Source: the human T2T-CHM13v2.0 reference genome, Homo sapiens. From it: DNA of 64,000 nucleotides. The notes below the pieces were generated by a model. That model was not told the DNA's origin. It did not search any database and saw only the letters and a list, made by a program, of their open reading frames with translations. Where the stretch lies: assembly GCF_009914755.1 (NCBI RefSeq), contig NC_060947.1; one strand, given 5' to 3'. Below, piece after piece: positions 1 through 15,508 of the stretch; the stretch's first letter is position 1, and each line of letters begins with the position of its first letter. A program made the position numbers and the translations under genes.

Positions 1-364
1 CTGGCTATGGTGCTCTTGTCCTAAATACTGAATAATGAGTGTTTTTTCTGTCTAAATGTTTCATTTTTCTTCACCAAAAGAATAAGTTCTTTTAGGGAAT
101 AGTGGTACATTATTCTTTCATATGTTCCACAGTAACTAGCCAAGTGCTAGCCTTAACATTTGTTAAATTTATTAAACAAATATTTACTGAACATCTACCA
201 TGTGCCAGTCTTGAAAGTTAGCTTTTCTTCGTAAAGCCATGTGTCATTGTAACCAAACTTTCCAGTTAATCCACATTCCACAACTCCCTCAAGCCCACCT
301 CCCCTCACCCTAACACCCACCTCTTTTACAGAGGATTTACAAGAGTTAAACCATACAAAATTGC

Positions 365-750
365 TGTATTAGTTTGTTCTTACACTGCTATAAAGAAGTA
401 CCTGAAACTGGGTAATTTATAAAGAAAAGAGGTTTAATTGGTTCAAGGTTCTGCAGGCTGTACAGGAAGCATGGCTGGGAAGGCCTCAGGAAACTTACAA
501 TCATGGCAGAAGGCAAAGAGGAAGCAGGCACGTCTTGCATGGCAGGAGCAAAAGGAAGAGCACAAAGGGGGAGGTGCTACACACTTCAAAACAACCAGAT
601 CTCATGAGAACTTACTCACTGTCATGAGAACAGCAAGGGGGAAGTCTGCCCCCATGACCCAGTCAGCTCCCACCAGGCCCTTCCTCCAACACTGGGGATT
701 ACAATTTGACATGTGAGATTTGGGCAGGGAGACAAATCTAAACCATATCA
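365..750 (-). mobile_element. MaLR solo LTR (MSTA/MSTB-like)
   Basis: Starts TGTATTAGTTTGTTCTTACACTGCTATAAAGAAGTACCTGAAACTGGGTAATTTATAAAGAAAAGAGG and ends AACCATATCA. Flanks attgc/agtgc match 4/5, consistent with a 5-bp TSD. Confidence 0.85.
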
Positions 751-820
751 AGTGCCATTACTTTTTATTCACAAAATTGGCAATTTCCATTTTTATATGG
801 TTTTTGAAAAACTTACCGGG

Positions 821-1176
821 TGTATTAGTCTATTCTCATGCTGCTGATAAAGACCTACCTGAGACTGGGTAATTTATAAAGGAAAGAGGCTCAATGAATT
901 CACAGTTCCACATGGCTGGGGAGGCCTCACGATCATAGTGGAAGGTGAAAGAAAAGCAGACTTACATCTTACATGGCGGCAGGCAAGAGAGCTTGTGCAG
1001 GGGAACTCCCATTTATAAAACCATCAGAACTCGTGAGACTTACTCACTACTGCAAGAATAGTATGGGGGAAACCGCCCCCATGATTCAATTATCTCCACT
1101 TAGCCCTGCCCTTGAGACATAGGGATTATTTCAACTCAAGGTGAAATTTGGGTGGGGACACAGTCAAACCATATCA
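821..1176 (-). mobile_element. MaLR solo LTR (THE1B/THE1C-like)
   Basis: TGTATTAGTCTATTCTCATGCTGCTGATAAAGAC...GGGTGGGGACACAGTCAAACCATATCA; 356 bp, typical THE1 length. Confidence 0.85.
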
Positions 1177-2928
1177 CCATGCAAGGGGTGGTCTGCCTGT
1201 AGGTCACCCCCAGCCTAGCTCCCATACTTCCCTTATGTCCGTTGTGGGCTGTTGATTGCTGATGGCTCCAGAGATGATGACGTGAGTGCTCTTGCTCTCA
1301 ATCAGCAAGGAGAGCTTCTCTGGCTGTCACTGTTAGAACTCTCAGGACACCTCAGACTACAATTCCCTTGAGTTCAGTTCCCGGACTATATAGAGTTCTT
1401 ACTGTACCCTTAGTTGCCTTCACTAAGACTGCTGATATCCAAACAGCTCCTTTCCTGGGACTGGTTGTCACACTATTGTGTTGATATGGGCCCTGTGATA
1501 CAGATCCCCAATTCTTGTGCTCAGTTTCCCTGTGTTTTCCAACAATTTGTTTATCCCTGTCTTGAATCCCCAACCTGGACCTATTTGTACACTCAGACTG
1601 TATGCTGCCCTCCTACTTACATTTAGCCTTCTGGGCCTTGATCCCTGACCTATACCTCTCCCTATGCTTGACCTCCAACTAATCTGGACCTCTCTGAGTA
1701 TTGTCCTCAGCTTATACACTGGAGTTCAGAACTTTACCTATGTTCTTTCTGTTTCTTCTGATCCCTCAGGTACTATTCCCAGCATCATCCTTATGACTTA
1801 CTTTGATGTGGGAATAGGGTCCCCAATGGGCCTCTTGTCAGATTACCAGCCACAGGCCCACCATCCCAATTTGACCCCTAGTTCTGGTCTGTTTTTGCTT
1901 GTCTTATTTTTCAAGATTCCCTGAACCAGGCATGATAGTCATTAGACTTTTTAAAACCAAGACAGGAATTTGATTTAAGGAGATTTAATGAAAAAGGATG
2001 TTTATGATGATTTATCATTAGGATAAAAGTCAAGATCCAAAAGCTTGTATACAGTATTGTTCTGTTAAAAAATACATATGTGTGTCTCTCTCTGTCTCTG
2101 ACATATGCACACACACACATACTTGCATAGAAAAAACGACTGAACAACTATATATAAAAATATTGACAAAGATTTTGTTTGAGTAATGGGGGTAACTTTT
2201 TTCTCTGTTTTCTAAACAATTTATGATGATTATGTTGTATTTTTATAATTTTAAAAACACCTTATTTTAGGTAAATTTTTCTGACAAAAGTATGACTGTG
2301 GTCATCATTTTAGTTTCCTTACTGTGGCCAAAGACATACTCCCCTTATCTATAATCTCACAGAGCATTCCTTCTATGGCCCAGCATGCATTTGGCTACCA
2401 CTTTCTTCAATTTCTTCTATAAGCACATTTATCCCTGGGAGACAATGGCAAGGAGCCAATGATGAGGGAAGGGCATACAGGAAGGGAAGGAAAATCTTAT
2501 CAATGGACTCAAAAGCTGTTTTTCCTTTGAAGACAAAGAAGTCATACCCTTGTGATACCCCCTTTTTAATGGAAAAGGTACAACACAAAAATGCTTGAAA
2601 TTGGAGTCACGAAGAATGGCTGGGGTTCGGGGGTGAGAATATCCCTCTTTAGTATGAAATACAGATTGGTGCCTTCTCTGAAGCAGCAGATACCATTTGG
2701 CAATCACAATGAAGGAATGGGTTTACTGAATACTTCGGATGTGTGTAAAGCACTGAGGTATGCTGCGAGGAGGCCATGCAGAAGAAACCATGTGTCTTAA
2801 ACTTTAGTTAGGAGACACAAGACATAAACCCATGTAAGGTTTACATATAGATATATAGATGTCAAAGGTCATCATGAGCATGAGAACCTATACAAATACA
2901 AGGGAGTTGCTACTAGTAGTTTTTAGTA

Positions 2929-3088
2929 CAGTGGTTCTCACCAATTTCAATAGACATCTGAACCACTGGAAAATATTGAGGTTCCAGACTTACTTCTCAG
3001 AAATTGTTCTCCAGAAAGTTTGAGGTAAAATTCAGCAACCTATATTTGGGTGATTTTAGTGCTTGTTATCTGTGAACTACACTCTGGA
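2929..3088. mobile_element. MER5-like hAT-Charlie relic
   Basis: CAGTGGTTCTCA terminus and a degenerate GAACTACACTCTG other end; heavily diverged. Confidence 0.4.
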
Positions 3089-3089
3089 A

Positions 3090-3275
3090 AAGAGTATAGA
3101 AAAGCTAGAGACAGATAAAAACCCGTCTGAAGTCTGGCTTTGCCATTTACTAGTTATGTGACTAAAGAAAAGTGACCTAAATGCTCTGAGCCCATTTCTT
3201 CCTCTCCAAATAGAGATAACAAGAACTTACCTCATAAGGAAGAGGTGAGGAGTGAGATAATTCATGAAGAGCTTC
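3090..3275 (+). mobile_element. MIR SINE
   Basis: Core TCTGGCTTTGCCATTTACTAGTTATGTGAC...CTCTGAGCCCATTTCTTCCTCT. Confidence 0.7.
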
Positions 3276-4974
3276 AAGTACAAGACAAACTCAACAATTT
3301 TTTTTTCTTCTACAAATACCATCACTATCATCATCAAGGCATATGCTAACTGTGAAAAGCATGACAAATATGTGATATGCTATAGGAGTTGCAAAAGGGG
3401 AGAAATCATTTCTTCCTTCTGGAGTGGTCAAGAAACTCTTAGCCAGGAAAGTGCAACTTGAACTGAGTTTTGAAAGGATAAGAATGGTCTGACTAGGTGG
3501 GGATAAGAGAACGTACGCAAAGATAGTATAGGAGTCAAACTTGACCTACTCACCAATTATTCCAAGGTTCAAGCCTAGAGAAAAGCAGACCACAAAATCC
3601 AGGTGGACTGAGATACAATCAAGAAAACATCTTTGGCAAATTGGTAGCTGAGGTGAGATGGGGAACAGGAACTCTGAGATCTTCTATTCCTTTAACCAGA
3701 TACTGCCACTAGGAACAATTGCACTGTTTAGGCAGAACTGAAAGTAAAATTTTGTGCTATATAACTGAGTGGCTAATCAACCATCAAATAAAAAGCCACA
3801 GAATCTGACCTCCAGTGAGATATCTCCAACCTAATGTTGGAATGGAGACACAAGGTTGGGTAGTTAGTCCTGCAGGACTTTTGGGCAGTTCCTTATCCAA
3901 ACATCAGACTATAATTTTTTTTATGACTTTATACTTTTGAGATTACAGGTTTGGCATCTAAGAGATTCTTTGTTCCCCAAATTGTTTTCCTATAATTAGA
4001 GTAATTGTGACAGTACATCCCTTACCTGATACAGTCTCATAAACTAAATGCTAAGTCATATATTTTATGTAATATACAGATAGGAACCAGGAAATGTTTT
4101 CAGAACTTTACTTTTCATCTAGATATAACTTTCCTAAATTCTAAGTCGAATCTTACAGAGCAGGCATAAATAATCAATGCCTAGAGATACTTTGGTATAG
4201 GTCTCACTAGTTGATATTAACTCTTTTTTTTTTAATCCTGGCCTTCGGTTTTTATGTAAATTTTCTGTTTCTGATTAGACATGGCGTCACAATTAGTTCA
4301 GATGCTAGAATTTTGTTAGGTTGACTCTCAACCAATTCCTTTAGCAGTTAGGCTTCTCTTCCTCTATCCTTGATGAGTGATATGATCGCTATACTTTGAT
4401 TGCCACAAATTAAAGGAATAATCTTAATTTGTGTTTTTTTTTTTTCTGTTTCATATCATTTAGGTGATCCTTGGTATTTCTTTAGTCTCATTTTCTCCTT
4501 TTTTCCACAAAATAAAAAATAAAAATCAACAAACCAGTAAGCAGACAATTAAAAACACACACACACACACATACACCCACAGAAGGAACAAACCACATAA
4601 CTATCTTTTTGATAGTAACACAAACCTACCATGACTAGATTGTTGCCATCAGAAAGTGGTATTTTTTGACTTTTCAGATAGACCTAGCATCTGGATATAC
4701 TGTGTTCCTAAAGACTGCACGTTCCTTAAAGTAGGTTCCATATGGCAAAATCTTAATTGTGCATGTGCTGAACAATGACTATATGTGTTGGTGCCTTTTC
4801 TTCTGTTTGATCATGGAAAGAAACAAGGAACAAGTGGTTAGAGGCAATTAGAAGTGAAACAAAGTCAATGTCCTGAATAAATAGTGTGGTGGAGAGTATG
4901 GGTCATACAACAAGGAGAGATAATAACTCCCTGTGTAATTTTTCAATACCACCACTGCTGGTAGCTAATATATA

Positions 4975-5195
4975 AAACATTTACTACTGCCAGACACTTT
5001 TATAAGAACTTTAAATATAATATTTACTTCTGTAATTCTCACAACATGCTGTACATAATAGTTCATACTATTATTATCCTCATTTTAGAAATGAGGAAGT
5101 TGAATGACTTGCTTAGAATAACATAGTAGATGGTAAAACTCAAATTTGAATGTATGAAGTCTGCTCAAGAGTCCATGCTCTTAAATACTACACTA
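4975..5195 (-). mobile_element. MIR SINE
   Basis: Antisense core ATTATTATCCTCATTTTAGAAATGAGGAAGTTGA...GAGTCCATGCTCTTAA. Confidence 0.7.
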
Positions 5196-5455
5196 TTTAA
5201 AAAAGAATTACATTCATTTTAAACATTTATATACAATGAACTATGAAGACTATATAACGGGTTCTGACACCAGCTTGTAGGTTCTCCTCCCTACAGAATG
5301 AGTGTGACTTTGTTTTGGTGTCTGACATTGTTCTTACCTTTCTCTGAATCCAATTGCACGGCCCTTTTTGCTTCAGAATTCCTTATCACTTGATAACCAG
5401 TTAAAGATGAAGCATAAAGCCTTTTTTTTCTTTAAACAGAGAAACTGGTTGTCTA

Positions 5456-8347
<2,892 letters not shown>

Positions 8348-8348
<1 letters not shown>

Positions 8349-9916
8349 CATCAAGCTACCAACGACTTTCTTCACAGAATTGGAAAAAAATACTTTAATG
8401 TTCATATGGAACCAAAAAAGAGCCCGCATCGCCAAGTCAATCCTCAGCCAAAAGAACAAAGCCAGAGGCATCACGCTACCTGACTTCAAACTATACTACA
8501 AGGCTACAGTAACCAAAACAGGATGGTACTGGTACCAAAACAGAGATATACATCAATGGAACATAACAGAGCCCTCAGAAATAATGCTGCATATCTACAA
8601 CCATCTGATCTTTGACAAACCTGACAAAAACAAGAAATGGGGAAAGGATTCCCTATTTAATAAGTGGTGCTGGGAAAACTGGCTAGCCCTATGTAGAAAG
8701 CTGAAACTGGATCCCTTCCTTACACCTTATACAAAAATTCATTCAAGATGGATTAAAGACTTACATGTTGGCCTAAAAACCATAAAAACCCTAGAAGAAA
8801 ACCTAGGCAATACCATTCAGGACATAGGCATGGGCAAGGACTTCATGACTAAAACACCAAAAGCAATGGCAACAAAAGACAAAATTGACAAATGGGACCT
8901 AATTAAACTAAAGAGCTTCTGCACAGCAAAAGAAACTACCATCAGAGTGATCAGGGAACCTACAAAATGGGAGAAAATTTTCGCAATCTACTTATCTGCC
9001 AAAGGGCTAATATCCAGAATCTACAATGGACACAAACAAATTTACAAGAAAAAAAACAAACAACCCCATCAAAAAGTGGGCAAAGGATATGAACAGACGC
9101 TTCTCAAAAGAAGACATTTATGCAGCCAAAAAACACATGAAAAAATGCTCATCATCACTGGCCATCAGAGAAATGCAAATAAAAACCACATTGAAATACC
9201 ATCTCACACCAGTTAGAATGGTGATCATGAAGAAGTCAGGAAACAACAGGTGCTGGAGAGGATGTGGAGAAATAGGAACGCTTTTACACTGTTGGTGGGA
9301 TTGTAAACTCGTTCAACCATCGTGGAAGTCAGTGTGGCGATTCCTCAGGGATCTAGAACTAGAAATACCGTTCGACCCAGCCATCCTATTACTGGGCATA
9401 TACCCAAAGGACTATAAATCATGCTGCTATAAACACACATGCACATGTATGTTTATTGTGGCACTATTCACAATGGCAAAGACTTGGAACCAACCCAAAT
9501 ATCCAACAACGATAGACTGGATTAAGAAAATGTGGCACATATACACCATGGAATACCATGCAGCCATAAAAAATGATGAGTTCATGTCCATTGTAGGGAC
9601 ATGGATGAAACTGGAAACCATCATTCTCAGCAAACTATCGCAAGGACAAAAAACCAAACACCGCATGTTCTCACTCATAGGTGGGAATTGAACAATGAGA
9701 ACACATGGACACAGGAAGGGGAACATCACACTCCGGGGACTGTTGTGGGGTATGGGGAGTGGGGAGGGATAGCATTAGGAGATATACCTAATGCTAAATG
9801 ACGAGTTAATGGGTGCAGCACAGCAACATGGCACATGTATACATATGTAACAAACCTGCACATTATGCACATGTATCCTAGAACTTAAAGTATAATAATA
9901 ATAAAATAAAATAAAA
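8348..9916 (+). mobile_element. Sense 3' segment of the same L1PA3/4 (ORF2 C-terminus, 3'UTR, A-rich tail)
   Basis: ORFs 8326-9216 and 9026-9691 (CWRGC...HCWWDC, ending MFSLIGGN) are split by a frameshift in an A-run. 3'UTR carries GACGAGTTAATGGG (not the Ta ACA). Right TSD at 9917-9932 is identical to the left (16 bp). Confidence 0.97.
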
Positions 9917-10254
9917 AAGAAGAGGTTTTGGTGTGCTGTGGGTTAGAATGTCCAGAAAGGGAAGACAAATGATTTTTTTAAAATTAATCAGCAAATAATA
10001 CAATATTTAGTATCTTAGAATTGAAGCTAAAGTCATTTTCATGGTTCTGACTACTACCTTTGCAGCTTTTGTGGGTAACTGTGGGATTGTTTCATGCCTC
10101 CCATGGGCCAACAGTTTTATTTCCTAAATAGGACAATAGACTAAGGTATGCATAGTTTTGGTACCAGAAGTCTAAAGCTGGAGAGACTTTGGCATAGAAG
10201 GGGGAATTACTTGAGGAAGCATTGGCCCCTTGAGGGGATGCAGTTGCATAAGGG

Positions 10255-10510
10255 AGGTAGCGCAGCATTATAGTATAGGACATGGACTTGGAACCAGGCT
10301 GCTTGGGTTTGAATCCAGGCTCTACTACATACTGGCTCCATGACAGTGGACAATTTGCCTAGCCCCTCTTTACCTTAGGTTTCTCAACATTAAAATGGTG
10401 ATGGCAATATAATAGTACCTAACCTTCCTCATTGGGTTGTCATGAAGATTAAATGGATTAATATTTGTAAATCCTTTATGTGCCTGTCACATGATTAGTG
10501 CCACGTAACT
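10255..10510 (+). mobile_element. MIR SINE
   Basis: GGACTTGGAACCAGGCTGCTTGGGTTTGAATCCAGGCTCTACT...GAAGATTAAATGGATTAATATTTGTAAA. Confidence 0.8.
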
Positions 10511-12640
10511 TTTTATTAAAATAGAAATATGATCCCATAAAATTGGTTTTCACAGCGTTTATTACTTAATTTTTGCTCATTATGTAAAGAGTTGTCTTTA
10601 TGCATTGATATAAATGGAAATCTCTGTGTCTCTAGAATATTGCAAAATAAGTTGTTTAGTGTTTTACAAAGGGAAACCTTGCCTTTCTTAGCATTTTCTC
10701 CTGCAGTGGTTATGGTCGACATTAATACAATAGCATTTTACTCCAGTAGCCATTCCAGCTAGAACACTGCCCTTTTTTTGAGCCTCAGTGACAAATCCAA
10801 CCTTGTGACAGAAGGAAAGTGAGATGATAGGTGTGAAAGCACTTCAAAACATTAAGAGGGCCTGACATTCTGGTGCCAAAAACTCTTTGAGGTTCACCCT
10901 TTGGAGATGTCCAGTTTTCAAGGGTTTTTGCTCAGAATTGTAAGTGTGAACCCCTAAAACAACAATGACAACAGCAATAACTACTACTACTACCAGTAAT
11001 AGTAGTAATATAAATAATCAACACTTTCTATGTTCTTACAATGTGCCAGGAAATGTGTTAATGCTTCACATGAGTTATTTCATGTAAATGCTTCTTCGGT
11101 GCTGCTGTTTCTGCTGTTAAGTCTCTGAGAACTGGTTTGTTCCTTTTCTTCAGCTGGGAAGAAATAAGCAAGACTTCACAAAAAATAAAGTTGAGTTCTA
11201 TTTATCTGACAATGGGAAAAAAAGCTATTCCCCTCTCCTTTCTCTACTTCTAGGTTGTTTTAACAACACTTCGAATTATTGATTCCTTATATAACCTTGA
11301 CAAAGTAGGCATTTTTAATGACAACAACTTCATTTTAATGATCCAGCAAAAAGCATCCCCCTCAAAGAAATGGAAGGGAGACTAAGAGGAGCTAGGAACA
11401 AAAGGAAAGGAGGGAAGAAGGACTAGTAAGGAAGGAAAGACAATTCTACCAAAATGATTAGAATGACAGGCTAGAACATAATATCATCAGTATTTAGGAC
11501 ATGTATATTTTTTCTTTTTCTCATTTTGAGTTAGAAAAGGAGAGGATAGAAGGGTGTTTGAGTAAGCTCTGGGGTCAAAGAAAAAGACTGGAACTTTTCT
11601 TTCATGCCAACAAAAGTCATCCTTTTTGGGCCCTTGCTACTTCTGCAAGAGTTAGCTGCTGGATGGGCCACCTCAGAAAAGCCTTACAAAGAGATAGTGA
11701 GCAAGATGTTGCCAGAACTCCAGGATGTTTAGTTTTGTCTGCGCTGGGGTGGGATGATCCTGAGGATGAATTTGATATTTGTCTGGCAGGCTAGAAGATG
11801 ACCTTGAGTTAGTTGGTGAACCTGAATTTCACAGAAAGTGCCAGCCTGCTTTGGCCATGTGGTCCCATCCTTACATGCATCTCTGAATTTTTTTATCTCC
11901 TCATGAGCATTTTGGTCTGCTTATTCTGTACAGCTGGAGAACAGACCAGGAACAGAATAATATCACATTTTAGGGCACTCATTTTCAGACTGTTTAAATT
12001 TACCTCATGTAGGACAATGAGAATCATCTGTTTTCCCTTAAATCTCAGACATAATCCCCTAAGCCATTCACAACTAGCTGGGAAGGTGCCCATCAAATGA
12101 GGACTGGATCTCAATGTTGATGTTACCACAGTAGCCTTCTGAATACACACAGAGTTCATTTATTGATATGCAGAGTGCTCATTGATGTGTACACAGAGAG
12201 TAATTGAGATGATAATTTAAACATTGTTATAAACACTTGTGGGGGAGATTTTCCCTAGCACAAGTAAGCCAGTCCACAGATTTCAGGCTCCAAATTGAGA
12301 GTCAAGAAATTGAGGCATAGAAAGCCGTCTCCTTTATGCTCAAAATTCATGCTACAGACCAACCCACAGTCTTCTGCTTTTGAATGTATTTCGTCTAGTC
12401 CAGATTGATTTGTAATGCACTTTCCTCATCCTTTGCCTTAGTGCTGGATTCTTAGGTGAAAGGTTAATTAGCTGCAAAGAATAGAATCCCACTTAGGGTA
12501 GTTCAAATCACAAAAAACGATTGTAATTAAAAGGATAAAGGAGAGAGGGAAGGTTCTGGAAGAAATGAAGTGAAGAGAATACCACGTTGTGTGTAGAAAA
12601 TAGGCAACTATATTATATCAATCAAATCCCATTTGTTTTG

Positions 12641-12642
<2 letters not shown>

Positions 12643-12676
<34 letters not shown>
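12643..12676. repeat. (GT)17 microsatellite
   Basis: Perfect dinucleotide run read directly. Confidence 0.95.
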
Positions 12677-12681
<5 letters not shown>

Positions 12682-13044
12682 GATCTCTTCTTTGAGTATT
12701 TTTCTAGTCTACTGTTTTCTCTTTATAGATTAGCTTTCTCTATTTACTCATGCTTCTCAGCTTTCCTATAACTTTATCTTGTAAGTAACTTTGCCTTGCC
12801 ATGGCGCCGACTCTGGCCCAACTCTAGATGACGTTATAGCTAATTCATTTAGTCACCATGTCCAAATAATTATCTTAGTCCATTTTATGGATTGGTAAAC
12901 CCTGGATCATGTGTTCATCTTAACCCAAAACATGACCATTGTCCTTTGACCAGGGACCAAGATTATGTGAACAATTTCAAAAACTGAAGCTTTGGCTAGT
13001 TGGCAATTCATATCTACTATATATGCCACCTGTGAATGTGAGAG

Positions 13045-13555
13045 AAATAAAAGTCTGCTATAGTCAGTACTCTTTTGGTGACAGAAAGCACAGTTCAAAC
13101 TAGTTTAATCAAGGCAGGGAAATATATTAGATTATGTATCCACAAGTTTCAGGAGTACGGCTCACTGGAACAGAGAATTCAAATGATATCCTTAGAAATC
13201 TCTATCATTGCTCTGCTCTTGTTTGTGCTGGAAGCTATTTCCAACAAAGTGATAAAGAAGACTTTCAGTACCTCTAATCTTACTTTCTACTAGCTTAACT
13301 ACTTCACCAAAAAAAAAAAGAGCTCCTCATCTGTGTTGATTCCAAGTGTCCCAGAATTTTCTTTGATTCAACTGATTTGGATCACCTGCTCACTCCCAAG
13401 CCGATCACTGTGTCCAGGAAGATACTGTGCTTTTATTGACCAATCCTGGGTCATTTGTCTATTTCTGGACCTGGAAGAGGGGATTAAGCCAACAGGAAGA
13501 GATAGACTCTTTAACCAGAAAAGAAGATGTTGGGCAAAAAATAACTAATGCTCAC
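13045..13555 (-). mobile_element. Old MaLR LTR (MLT1J/K/L-like)
   Basis: TAGTCAGTACTCTTTTGGTGACAGAAAGCACAGTTCAAACTAGTTTAA start and GATGTTGGGCAAAAAATAAC end resemble antisense MLT1. Confidence 0.55.
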
Positions 13556-13581
13556 CTCATTGGTATACATAAGATTACAAC

Positions 13582-13640
13582 AAACCAAAAAGATCAAAAC
13601 AAAACAAAAAGATCAAACCAAAACAAAAAGATCAAAACCA
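13582..13640. repeat. Short tandem repeat, ~19-20 bp unit (AAACAAAAAGATCAAACCA) x3
   Basis: Three CAAAAAGATCAAA copies read directly. Confidence 0.85.
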
Positions 13641-14148
13641 TGCCCTTAACCTCATCTGTACTGTGCTCAACCCAATAGCTACCTAGCTTTAAGGGCAGCA
13701 TATAGCTTAAAACATCAAGCATGCTGCATCGATGGCAACTTTCCTAGTACCTTATCTATATATGCAAGAGGCTTATATATGGCTGTACAAACAACACTGA
13801 TATAATCAGAGCATGATGTTTGGCTACTAATGTCATGGCTAATTACCTCAGTTTGCCTATGTGTAAATTAAAGTGCTTTTACTGGACAGGCTTGCTAAGG
13901 ACCTTTCAAACACTGACATGTATGCTAATCTCAGGTTCTCAGACTGCAACCATCAGAAAGAATATAAGGCAAGTATTTAAACATTTACTGATTCTTATGT
14001 TTGGAGCCCCAAAGTAATAGATAGTAATTCAATCTTTTTTTTTATAAAATAAATACTATTGAGATACCTTGAATATGGGCTTTGTGCTTTAAATTTTTCT
14101 TTGTAGTTATAGGAACGGGTTTCTACTGAATCATCCAAAATTATTTTC

Positions 14149-14413
14149 TTTTTTTCTTTCTTTCTTTTTTACTTATTTATTTATTTATTTTTAGGCAGGG
14201 TCTCACTCTGTTGTCCACGCTGTGGCATGATCACAGCTGACTGCAGATTCAACTTCTGGGGTTCAGGTGATCCTCCCATCTCAGCCTCCAGAGTAACTGG
14301 GACTATAGGCATGTGCCACCATGGCCAGTTAACTTATGCATTTTTTTTTTTTTTTTAGAGATGGGGTCTTGCCATGTTGGTCAGGCTGGTCTCCAGCTCC
14401 TGGACTCAAGTGA
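14149..14413 (-). mobile_element. AluJ, 5'-truncated
   Basis: T-rich tail, GGGTCTCACTCTG...GATCCTCCCATCTCAGCCTCC...CTCCTGGACTCAAGTGA. Degenerate TSD CAAAATTATTTTC (14136) / CAAAATCACTTTC (14414). Confidence 0.9.
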
Positions 14414-14504
14414 CAAAATCACTTTCAACCGAAACTTGGATGCATCTGTGAAACAGGTGGTCACACTTAAGTGACAAATACAACATAGTCAAAGTCAATT
14501 TGCC

Positions 14505-15110
14505 ATTTTTGTAGAATAGAACTTTATGTTTTAAGTGACTGAAAACACATCTCTAATTAATTTATGTAATAAAGGAAATATGGAGGGGCACATATAACTT
14601 ACAATTGCAGAGGTAAACAAAGCTTGATACAACAAGTCAAACAATGGCATGACAACCCAGTCGCTCTACATCTTTCTACTCTTGACTTCTGTAGTACTGG
14701 CTTTATCTTCATATTCCACATGATGGATATGTGGCAGCACTAACCTCTGCCACATCATGGTAGCAAAATGGTGGCTGCCATTCCAGATCTCTCACTCTCA
14801 CTATATTATTTAGGGAAAGACAAAGCATTTTTTCCAGTACTTTCTGCACTTAGTCCTTTTCACTATCCATCACTGGTATGAATTTGGTTGAGTGTTCATC
14901 CTTAAATTAATCACTTTGGTTAGGGGAATAAGATTTGGTGATTCATTTAGGCCAATCAGTGTCCATCCCTGGATTTAGGGGATAGAATCAACGCCGTCCA
15001 AACTATACTGACTAAAAGTCAAAGAAAAATGAATTCTTCAAAGGGTAATCAGTGCATCGTGGCTGGGAGAAGGGAGTACAGTTGCTGGAGAGGCACATAA
15101 CAAATGTCTA
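14505..15110 (-). mobile_element. Old MaLR LTR (MLT1K-like)
   Basis: AAGTGACTGAAAACACATCTCTAATTAATTTA...CACATCATGGTAGCAAAATGGTGGCTGCCATTCCAG...GCTGGAGAGGCACATAACAAATGTCTA. Confidence 0.55.
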
Positions 15111-15212
15111 TCTTTAGCTAATGAAAACAGTGAGTCTATAATATATCAAACCTTCAGAACTATACCTTTTAATTAAATATGTTTTTTAAAAAATCTAGGA
15201 CCATACATTAAC

Positions 15213-15508
15213 AATTTTCTGTGGGGGTACGTAGTAGGTGTATATATTTATGGGTTACATGAGATATTTTGATAAAGGCACACAATGCATAATAATCACA
15301 TCAGGATAAATGGGGTATCCATCATTTAAAGCATTTGTTCTTACTTTTTGCTATGAACAATCCAACTGTACTCTTTTAGTTATTTTAAAATGCAAAATAA
15401 ATTATTGCTGACTGTAGTCACTCTGTTGTGCTATCAGATAATTGATCTTATTCATTTCCCACTTTCCACCCCCTGACTACCCTTCCCAGTCTCTGATAAC
15501 TATCATTC
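15213..15508 (-). mobile_element. L1MA1-3-like 3'UTR fragment
   Basis: GGGTACGTAGTAGGTGTATATATTTATGGGTTACATGAGATATTTTGATA...AATAATCACATCAGGATAAATGGGGTATCC. Confidence 0.8.
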